Assembly: GCA_049999805.1 (NCBI GenBank)
Contig: JBNGIO010006217.1
Span: forward strand, 174,152-194,151
DNA from: Folioceros fuciformis
Lineage: Eukaryota
Reading direction: 5' to 3'
DNA: 20,000 nt
The first letter of the stretch is position 1. Each line of letters opens with the position of its first letter. The notes beneath the pieces are model-generated. The model saw only the letters and a list, made by a program, of their open reading frames with translations. It made no database searches and was not told the origin of the DNA. The translations under genes were made by a program, and so were the position numbers. Shown piece after piece: positions 9,545 to 18,016 of this stretch.

Positions 9545-12457
9545 ATGGCCACAGCATGGCAACTGGATTTGTCTTACATCCAACAAATTGTTGGGGGTAC
9601 AGGAATTATCAGAGGAACTCCAGCTCATGTCACCTCAGGGAGTCGTCCGCTGGGATACAACCAAGCCTCCAGGTGCAGGACCGTGAGGAGCCCGGCTCTT
9701 CCATTGCCGGGAAAATGTGCAGGTGGATGCTCGAGGGATGGAGCCAGCCAGGGGCAGGAGCGGTTGTGGAGGCAATTATTTTTGGGTTCTGCCTTGTGGT
9801 GGGATGACAGGCGAGGTACGAAGAGGTTTCGTGCCCCTGACTTCCGACGTGAATGGTCTAGCCAGGTCTTGCTGGTAAACAACACAGCCGAGCCAACGCC
9901 AGCTTGGGCGGATGAGGAGCTCGTTTGCTTGGATTTGCGGATGGGTCGTGGTTCCTCTTGGTGGAAGAGGAAGCCTGTGGAGAAGAATGAGCCTGGCAGG
10001 CGTGGGGGGTCGGGAATGGGCGTCGTCACCGGTGTAACCGTGGGCACGCTGTGTCAGCAGGGGAAGCTTAATGAGGCTGTTGGAGCTTTGGAATATCTTG
10101 CCAAGGCGGAGGGTGCGATTTCTGAGTCTTTGTTTTATTCTGTGCTGAAACTGTGCGCGGCTAAGAGGGATCTGGTTTTGGGGCGACGGGTTCATGATCT
10201 CACCGTCAAACTTGGGTACGAGTCGAATTCGTACTTGGGGAACCATATCTTGCGCATGTATGCATCTGGAGGTCGGCTACAAGAGGCCATGGATGTGTTC
10301 ACCAGGGTGGGAAAACCAAATGCTTTCATGTGGTTTTCCATCATCTCCGCTCATGTGAAACATGGGAAGCCTAATGAGGCTATACAGCGGTACCATGCAA
10401 TGCGTGGCTCAGGTGTGACGGCAGATGCGCACGTCTTTGTAGCTGCTCTTCAAGCTTGTGCACTTGCCATGGACTTGGAATCTGGCAGGGGAGTACACTG
10501 TGATGTGTTGAACAGTCGCATGGCTCCTAACTTGTATGTTGGCAACAGCCTGGTTGACATGTATGCAAAATGTGGCGCACTGAAAGATGCACGCCAGGTT
10601 TTTGACAGCTTGACCGCTAAGGATGTGGTGACATGGAATTCCCTAATTGCTGGGTATGCACAGCAAGGGCTCGGTCAGGAGGCGCTTGGTCTGTATGGAC
10701 AAATGGAGGAAGAGGGCCTGATTTTGGCTAACCAAGTTACTTTCTCTTGCATTCTGAAGGCCTGTGCAAGCGCTGGTGCTTTGCAGAAGGGCAGGGAGGT
10801 GCACTCACAGATTGTTCAAAGAGGACTGCTGGACAACATGCTCGTGAGCACCTGCCTGTTGGACATGTATGCAAAGTGTGGTGCATTGAAAGATGCACGT
10901 CTAGTTTTTGATAGCTTGGCCACTAAGGATGTGGTGACATGGAATGCCTTGATTGCTGGGTATGCCAATCAAGGGCTCTGCCAAGAGGCGCTCGTTCTGT
11001 ATGGCCAAATGGAGCAGGAGGGCATAGTTGTGCCTGACCATGTTACTTTTGCAGGCCTTCTGAAGGCCTGTGCAAGCGTTGGTGCCTTAAAGAAGGGCAG
11101 GCAGCTGCACACTCAGATTGTGAAAAGAGGATTGATAGATGACATAGTGCTGGGCAACGCTCTGGTGGACATGTATGCAAAATGCGGAGAAATGAGGGAT
11201 GCACAAGGGGTTTTTGACAGCTTGGCCTCAAAAAATGTGGTGACATGGACGGCCCTGATAGCTGGGTATGCACAGCAAGGGCTTGGCGAAGAGGCGCTTG
11301 TTGTGTATGGACAAATGGAGCAAGAGGGCTTGATTTTGGCTAACCATGTTACTTTTGCTTGCCTTTTGAAGGTTTGCGCGAGCACCGGTGCCTTGCAGAA
11401 AGGCAGGGAGCTGCACTCACAGATTGTGGAAAGTGGACTGTTAGATAACATACTGGTAGGCAGTTGCCTGATAGACATGTATGCGAAGTGTGGCGAACTG
11501 GAAGACGCACGAAGGGTTTTCGACAGCTTGGCCACAAAAAGTGTGGTGACATGGACGGCCCTGATATCTGGCTGTGGGGCTTGTGATGAAGGCCACTCCG
11601 CAGTAGCTTGTTTTGAGGCGATGTTGGATGCCAGTGTTCAGCCGGATGAAGCTACTTTTACTTGTCTTTTAGCAGCATGCAGTCATGAGGGACTCGTGCA
11701 TGAGGGACGCAAGCACTTCGATTCCATGGCTGAACAGCACGGCATCAATCCTACTATTGAGCATTACAATTGCATGATTGACCTTCTTGGGCGTGCAGGT
11801 CACTTAGACGAGGCAGAGAGCATGTTAGTATCATGTGGGAGCCAAAGCAATGCTGTGGGGTTGACATCTTTGCTTAGTTCCTGCAAGAGTTACGGGGATG
11901 TAGAGAGGGCGATACGGTGTTTTGAAAGCCTCGTTACGCTGGAGCCTCAGGGTGCATCGGCGTATGTGCTCATGGCCACTGCCTATGCAGACGCTGGGAG
12001 ATGGGCGGATGTGGACAGGATTGAAAAACGGAGAATGATGGCAGGAGCTAACAAGAAGCCTGCAATGGCAACCATTGAGGTGGAGAAGCAGGTACACACA
12101 TTTGTGGTTGGAGAAAACAGAGAAGATATTGCTCTCAAGGTGGGGAGCATGAACAAACGTCTGCAGCAGGAAGGGGGCCACGTGCCACTCACAGAGTTGG
12201 TGCTGAAGCCACTGCACGAGAAGGAAAAGGAGGATCAGCTTTGCGGGCATGCTGAGAAGCTAGCTCTGGCGTATGGTCTCTTGAATACCTCGGATGGCAC
12301 CCCTCTGCTGGTAACGAAGAATCTACGCATGTGCAGTGACTGCCACAGTTCCACGGAGGTCATGTCAAGGGTTGAAAAGAGAGACATTGTTGTCAGGGAT
12401 GGGTATCGTGTGCATCGATTCGCAGCTGGTGGATGCAGTTGTCGGGGTCGACCGTGA
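9545..12457 (+). CDS. PLS-class pentatricopeptide repeat protein with E1-E2 and DYW:KP (GRP-type) domain; putative organellar U-to-C RNA editing factor, ~970 aa
   Basis: Intronless ORF; first in-frame ATG at 9545 (the track start at 9497 is GTG). There is a long N-terminal extension, then about 17 PPR motifs from ~10121 (L-S-[P-L-S]x4-P2-L2-S2) and E1/E2. A 133-aa C-terminal domain starts at 12056: KPAMATIEV...LCGHAEKLALAYGLL...KNLRMCSDCH...VHRF...CSCRGRP*. Confidence 0.96.
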   Translation: MATAWQLDLSYIQQIVGGTGIIRGTPAHVTSGSRPLGYNQASRCRTVRSPALPLPGKCAGGCSRDGASQGQERLWRQLFLGSALWWDDRRGTKRFRAPDFRREWSSQVLLVNNTAEPTPAWADEELVCLDLRMGRGSSWWKRKPVEKNEPGRRGGSGMGVVTGVTVGTLCQQGKLNEAVGALEYLAKAEGAISESLFYSVLKLCAAKRDLVLGRRVHDLTVKLGYESNSYLGNHILRMYASGGRLQEAMDVFTRVGKPNAFMWFSIISAHVKHGKPNEAIQRYHAMRGSGVTADAHVFVAALQACALAMDLESGRGVHCDVLNSRMAPNLYVGNSLVDMYAKCGALKDARQVFDSLTAKDVVTWNSLIAGYAQQGLGQEALGLYGQMEEEGLILANQVTFSCILKACASAGALQKGREVHSQIVQRGLLDNMLVSTCLLDMYAKCGALKDARLVFDSLATKDVVTWNALIAGYANQGLCQEALVLYGQMEQEGIVVPDHVTFAGLLKACASVGALKKGRQLHTQIVKRGLIDDIVLGNALVDMYAKCGEMRDAQGVFDSLASKNVVTWTALIAGYAQQGLGEEALVVYGQMEQEGLILANHVTFACLLKVCASTGALQKGRELHSQIVESGLLDNILVGSCLIDMYAKCGELEDARRVFDSLATKSVVTWTALISGCGACDEGHSAVACFEAMLDASVQPDEATFTCLLAACSHEGLVHEGRKHFDSMAEQHGINPTIEHYNCMIDLLGRAGHLDEAESMLVSCGSQSNAVGLTSLLSSCKSYGDVERAIRCFESLVTLEPQGASAYVLMATAYADAGRWADVDRIEKRRMMAGANKKPAMATIEVEKQVHTFVVGENREDIALKVGSMNKRLQQEGGHVPLTELVLKPLHEKEKEDQLCGHAEKLALAYGLLNTSDGTPLLVTKNLRMCSDCHSSTEVMSRVEKRDIVVRDGYRVHRFAAGGCSCRGRP
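10541..11570 (+). repeat. Intragenic 306-bp tandem repeat (S-P-L triplet, 102 aa), ~3.4 copies
   Basis: gacatgtatgc occurs at 10556, 10862, 11168 and 11474 (exact 306-nt spacing), with clear nucleotide-level similarity across units. Confidence 0.92.
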
Positions 12458-13144
12458 GAATGATGATGAACTAGGCAGTCAGTGATTCCGAGCAGGGGAT
12501 GGGTCTGGAAGCCCTTGTCCTTTCCCGGTGCGGTGATGGGTCATTTGGAGGCGGTTTCCCGTTGGCTTCAGTATTACCCACACTGAGGCCAAGCTCCAAC
12601 TGCTGTCTGGATCTTGTGCTCTGCCGGGCTTGACTTTGTCAAAACGGAGACTTCCCAGGTCTGCGCTGCGGAACGAACATATCCGTGAGTGGGTTTGTCC
12701 TCTGCCAACTGCTTTGGCCTACACAGCAGCTGGCCAGAAGGACAGAAAACCCTTTATCCTATTCTAGACCTCGTACTCGAATCTGAGCACGAAACAGCTT
12801 CCCAGTCTGCATGTGTGGAGGAACGCATTCAATACAACAGTGCATTCCTATCTCTGATCCGCCTAGGCTGGACCCCGAAGAGTCCAGTACCACAACCTTC
12901 TCTTCAGCGAGCACAGTGGAGTGGACGAGACCCCACCGACAATGACATGCGAGCAGCAAAGCTGAAGGCGGTCCACTTGGACACTAAACTGTCCAGACCA
13001 ATCTTTCGACAGGCACTCGGCCAGAAGATTTTGTTCGTGTATTGTGCATGCCGCGATTTGTGCTTGGCTGGTCAATAAAGATCGGAGCACTCAAGGTGTT
13101 CTTGAAACCCGTGGTCTTCAAAGTTCCTGGAGTTGGGCAGTGGA

Positions 13145-13211
13145 TCCGTTTGTCCTCGCAGTTGCAGGAGGTGGACAGTGAGTCCGTTTTCCTCGCAGTT
13201 GCAGGAGGTGG
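13145..13211. repeat. Short direct repeat (~30 bp, period 38)
   Basis: tccgttt(g)tcctcgcagttgcaggaggtgg at 13145 and 13183. Confidence 0.85.
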
Positions 13212-13362
13212 GCCGTGTTATACATCGGTGTTAGCAGCTCACTCCGTTGCATGTTATGGCTTGAGCTTTATCAAGTTTCCGCGAAGCTTTTCTCTGGCTT
13301 CGATCCTTTCTGATCGAATAGGTTGTGTGCTACCCGTGTGGAATTAGGAGATCAGACCTGAT

Positions 13363-13462
13363 NNNNNNNNNNNNNNNNNNNNNNNNNNNNNNNNNNNNNN
13401 NNNNNNNNNNNNNNNNNNNNNNNNNNNNNNNNNNNNNNNNNNNNNNNNNNNNNNNNNNNNNN
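13363..13462. other. Assembly gap (100 N)
   Basis: Run of N directly upstream of the BDP1-like ORF. Confidence 0.98.
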
Positions 13463-13472
13463 GAGGAGGAGG

Positions 13473-14648
13473 ATGGAGGCTGCTGGCCCGGCGGAAGAAG
13501 CGGCAGCGGCAGGAAAGAAGAGGTGCCTTGTGCGTTTGACAAGGTCTGTGACGGCAGCAGCGCGACGGTATGATGAAAGGGAAAGGAATGAGGGAGAGCT
13601 GGAGCCTGCTGGAGGCGGCGAGGCTGCTTCCAGCCAGGAAGCAGAGCCAGCTGCTGAAGAGAATCAGGCCAGGGCTAAGAATGGCGGGACAAAGAAACGG
13701 AAGAGGATGGACACGCGGGAGGTCTTGAAGCAGATGGAGGCGGAAGGTGTGGACCCGCTGAAGATGAAAATGAGCGACCTGATATGGCGTGCACAAGCGC
13801 TGGAGAGACTCAAGGCCAAGGACGACCCTGCGAAAAAGGCGCCTGCGCAGAGGCGGGTGGTGCAAGAAGCCAGGAATGGGGACGCGCAGCGAGTGGAACC
13901 TGTGGCTGTGGCGGCTCCGCAGGTGCAGGTGGTTGATGGAAGAATTGTGATCAACGAGGAGAGCCTGGTGATATCGTCTCACGCCACCGAGGCACGGAAC
14001 GGGGAAGGGTATACCAGGGTGGAGGAGAACGTGTCCAAGCTGAATTACCACAGCTACAGCAACCGCGAGAAGGTGGACCGGTGGAAGCCTGAGGAGACTG
14101 ATAGGTTCTACAAGGCGTTGGAGCAGTTCGGGACCGATTTCGGGTTGATCGAGCACCTGTTCCCGGGTCGGACACGGCGGCAGGTGAAGGCCAAGTACAA
14201 GATTGAGGAGAGGCTGAACCCTCGCCGCCTGGATGACGCTTTGAATTGCATGTCCCGGGGACCTGTGTATCACCAGGAATTGGTTGAGATGTTGATGCCC
14301 CAGCCCCAGCCCCAGCCCGCAGATGAAGTGGAGGATGTGCTTGATGGAGGTGGTGCAACGATGAAGCCGGGTAACGTGCCCGTGGAGGATGAGGTGCTCG
14401 TGGAAGATGTTGCAGCAGGTGAAGCTAACGTTGCTGCAGCTTCGGACAGGAAGTCTGGAATGGACGGGGATGGAGGGAATGAGGTAGTGGACGGTGTTGC
14501 TCCTGCTGGAGAAGAGCAGGTGAATAATGGCCAGGGCAGTGCAGGAGTGCCTGAAGACAACGGGCCTTATGTCTCGACCTTCCCGGAGCCTGAGGAAAAC
14601 GACCTAGAGCCTCCTGATTCCCCTCCCGTGCCCATGTTCAGTTATTGA
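13473..14648 (+). CDS. BDP1: BDP1-like protein (TFIIIB B'' subunit, SANT/Myb-like domain); 5' end uncertain
   Basis: The 391-aa ORF has DPLKMKMSDLI, APQVQVVDGRIVINEESLVI and the BDP1 SANT segment KLNYHSY...RWKPEETDRFYKALEQFGTDFGLIEHLFPGRTRRQVKAKYKIEERLNPRRLDDAL (~14037-14243), followed by an acidic low-complexity tail. The frame stays open back to the gap. Confidence 0.88.
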   Translation: MEAAGPAEEAAAAGKKRCLVRLTRSVTAAARRYDERERNEGELEPAGGGEAASSQEAEPAAEENQARAKNGGTKKRKRMDTREVLKQMEAEGVDPLKMKMSDLIWRAQALERLKAKDDPAKKAPAQRRVVQEARNGDAQRVEPVAVAAPQVQVVDGRIVINEESLVISSHATEARNGEGYTRVEENVSKLNYHSYSNREKVDRWKPEETDRFYKALEQFGTDFGLIEHLFPGRTRRQVKAKYKIEERLNPRRLDDALNCMSRGPVYHQELVEMLMPQPQPQPADEVEDVLDGGGATMKPGNVPVEDEVLVEDVAAGEANVAAASDRKSGMDGDGGNEVVDGVAPAGEEQVNNGQGSAGVPEDNGPYVSTFPEPEENDLEPPDSPPVPMFSY

Positions 14649-17111
14649 GGATTATGGGAAAGAGACCCACCTTCCAAGGCAATCTGAAGGCGCAGGAAGT
14701 GTGCTGAAGGCAGCCCTGGCTAGTGGTCTTGCCTGCTCTCCGTCAATTTGTCTGTTGCATCTACCCAACCCCATGAAGGCAAGTCTAACGCACATTCTGA
14801 GCCTCTCACAATCTACAGGCAAGTTGGATATGTCCATTCATTGTCCAGTGTTTTGCGCATTCTCCGTTGGCTAGGGGCTGTAGTTTTCCTTGCATAGCTA
14901 GAACTCATTTGAGTGAGCAGGGTGTTATTAGGCTTAGTAGCATCTTAGATTGGCCTTGTGAGTTCCCTGCAGGGTTTTCAACTCTCAAACGAATGGCGTT
15001 ACAGTACCCTACTTCATGATCCTGATTCACGTTTATGTTTGTGCAGACCTGTGTCCAAAAGCAAACCATCAGTTTCAGCGAGCTTATATGAGCTCCGCTG
15101 CAGATTGGTGTGCAGGGACTGTGTAGGGGCTGTATTCCAGCTATTATCGGGCAGTTTCCAGGACAAGGTTTGCTTCAGAATTCTGGGAAGAGGAGCCAAG
15201 TCCATCGTATGGCTCATCGGAGTGTACTACGATGGGTTGTTGCAACCTTATGAGTTGCGGAAGGTGACATTTGAGGCCAGCAAAGTGGGGCTCAGAGACG
15301 TCCGCCTCAAGTGCCCGACGGCAGGTGCGTAAGCCGGTAGTGAAGTCGGAATGGATAGGTGGACTCGCGCAGTCAGATTTGAGATCTCAGGATGGTAGTA
15401 GTTCCTCTGGTGCTCAGCGTTCCTAAGCAGTAGGAATTGAGTTGCGAGACCTGTAACGTGTACTATTGTTCCGACCGACTTTTACATATTTAGAGCTTGC
15501 AGTTGACAGGATCCCTGAACCTGAGTTTTATATTTCTTAAAAAACTCAGGTTCCTCCGGTGACGGCAATTCGGATCGCCAGCACCTTGGTGTTGGCACTA
15601 CGGCTCCTTGGAGTCGGCACTACGGCAGTATACACTGCCGACTCCACTGGTACCGTTTCCTTGTAGGAACTTGCCATGGAAGTGACATGTGGATTCCGTG
15701 GTCATGGTGTGCTGAAGGCCCAGTTTTCCGTGGAGCACTAAGCCTCATAGGATACCATGAGTTAGCAATCCAACATTCCCCATAGCTATCCCTTGATAAG
15801 GATATCAGAATCCTTCTTAGAATAGGTCATTTGAAAATAGTTATGCTAATGTCATTGCCAGCAAAGTCACTAGCAAAACTATTGGCCTTAAGTGTTGCAT
15901 ACTTAAAAGACAACTTGAGAACTTGAATACGAGCAATTAGGACAGCCAATAAACACTAGTAGGTGTCGTTGCTAAGTATGAAATGTTTGAGAAAAATATT
16001 AGGTTGCTATAAGAGAACAGTCAACAAATGTTGGATGACGTTTTGCTGATTCTATGAGGTATAGAAGACAGTTTATGAGAGCAAATGGATAAGGAAGATC
16101 TTTTGGGGCTTTTGAAGAGAAGATGGTTTTTAGAAGTCCAAGCTATCTTACTTGAGAGGCGTAGAGACTATGTTTGATTTAGAAGTAGGACAGGAGTCAA
16201 TATAGATAGAAAAGAATTTATTGTATTAAGAGATGTAATTCTTTTTACAATATGATAAGAGGTATAAATAGAAAAGAATTTAGTGCATATGAAAGGGTGT
16301 AAAGTGATGCATATGTTGCAACACATAGAGCCATGGACAATTTAATTTTTTATGGTTTTATAAAACCATTTTATATAATCTAAGATATTTTGTAGGTCAT
16401 TCTTTCACTATGTGTACTATGCAATCACTACTTAATAAACAACCTTAAGGGTCAATTCATATCGACGTGGTCAGCCATGGTTAGCCATGCTTATTGGTGC
16501 AAAGAATACAAAGACCATGCTTCCTAGAGTGCTTTACACGAAGCTGCTAGGGAGGTCGGGACAAGTGACATGTTTGTTCTACAATCGAGACTACCGGGAC
16601 TCCTGAGACTACTTCCACTACTATGCTCGAGCACAAGAGGAAAGATAAGGCGAGTTTGCATCCATAGCTTTCAGTTTGTCCCTTAGCACAATATGGATAA
16701 TAGCTATGATTCCCTTTCATTTCATTAATTTGGGAACGGAGTTATCATGAATAATTATCATAACAGATTCAAGTAGCTAGAAAAAGGCTAGAACCTAATA
16801 AGTATAAACATGCTGGAAAACCCTAGAAAGGGCACTAACACCATGAGGTTAGGCGCAAGGAAGTTAGTCTTCAAACTTGTTTCTGGAGAGCGCCATAGCT
16901 AGAGAAGAAAGGCCTTGTACTTGTGTGTCCAGAATACCGAGTTGGTTTTCCGTGTGCTCCTCATAACTTCCCGAATCTTACCAACTTGCTGCTTTTCATG
17001 ACATTCTTGTTGTGCGCCAGAAGAAGCCCGCATCAAGCAAGCCCATTTCCCACATGTCTAGTTCAAGCAAGGCCTTTCTACTAGGAGTGGATAGCATCAT
17101 GGCAGAGCAAG

Positions 17112-17272
17112 GCCAGACCAAGGGCTTGGGTGTGCGTAGTGGAGCCAGACTAAGGGCTTGGGCGTGCGTAGTGGAGCCAGACCAAGGGCTTGGGTGTGCG
17201 TAGTGGAGCCAGACTAAGGGCTTGGGTGTGCGTAGTGGAGCCAGACCAAGGGCTTGGGTGTGCGTAGTGGAG
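17112..17272. repeat. 32-bp minisatellite, 5 copies
   Basis: GCCAGACYAAGGGCTTGGGYGTGCGTAGTGGA units at 17112, 17144, 17176, 17208 and 17240. Confidence 0.95.
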
Positions 17273-17572
17273 ATCCAAAGTTTCTTAGCCAATCGTTCAC
17301 AAATTACCTTTATGCCATACCACCTTTTATGGTTCCCTTTGTGACACTTCTTTCCATTTTCTCGGGTGCTCATTAGAATGCCACAATTATTTTTAGGGAG
17401 TCTCGTGGTTGCCAGTTCCATGGTTGCCACAAGCTTGTCATTGCCCTCAGCAACTATGACATACAATATGTCTCCAACCCAAGATCGAGAGGCAGGCAAA
17501 TGGAAGTAAACAATCATAGAGGTCGAGTTGCCCATTGCTCCAACACTTGCTATAAAGCACTTGCTAAAAATG

Positions 17573-17760
17573 GTTGACCTTATTGGAAACCATGACCACA
17601 ATACTAAGTACTTTGGGTACTACCATAATGAACAGGCAAGTTGACCTTATCAGAAACCATGACTACAACTCTAAGTAGTGTGGCTATAGTCATAAGGCTA
17701 GTTGTCCTTATTGGAAACCACGACCACAACATTGAGTACTTCGGCTACTGCCATAATGAA
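17573..17760. repeat. Degenerate ~61-67-bp tandem repeat, 3 copies
   Basis: GTTG(A/T)CCTTAT..GAAACCA(T/C)GAC.ACAA units at 17573, 17640 and 17701. Confidence 0.8.
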
Positions 17761-18016
17761 TAAGTAAGTACAACAAGCCAACACTAACATGCATAGAATA
17801 GGAATACTACTTCTTTAAACTAAAGTTAATTTAGCTAAGGTCTAGATAATGAGGACTGTGTGTCTCTAGACTAGACATGATGGCCCCATTTCATGCTCTA
17901 GCTTGATGACAAGGTAGCTTCATGTTTCTATGCTTTACATGCCACCATTGTTTTAGTTGCTACTGGAATCATTACCGAAAATCTCTTCATATGTTCTTTT
18001 TATTTGTAATGCAAAA

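Noticed and set aside
12689-13347. ORFs between the PPR and BDP1-like genes
   Set aside because: Non-ATG starts and no recognisable domain; more likely UTR or intergenic sequence.
9556-14560. Overlapping ORFs such as 9776-10246(-), 11113-11535(-) and 13344-14273(-)
   Set aside because: Antisense or alternative-frame shadows of the GC-rich PPR and BDP1-like coding sequences, with no recognisable motifs.
14958-15332. 124-aa ORF with a plausible acceptor (tttgtgcag, ~15046)
   Set aside because: No recognisable homology in any frame; could be 3' UTR or non-coding exon sequence.
15750-16180. Possible relic coiled-coil reading frame (…ILKRQLENLNTSN*DSQ*TLVGVVAKYEMFEKNIRLL*ENSQQMLDD…)
   Set aside because: Stop density is close to random expectation and any stop can be rationalised as C-to-T decay, so it is unsupported without a homologue.
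16996-17601. 201-aa minus-strand ORF
   Set aside because: Its length is inflated by the stop-free 32-bp minisatellite; non-ATG start and no domain.
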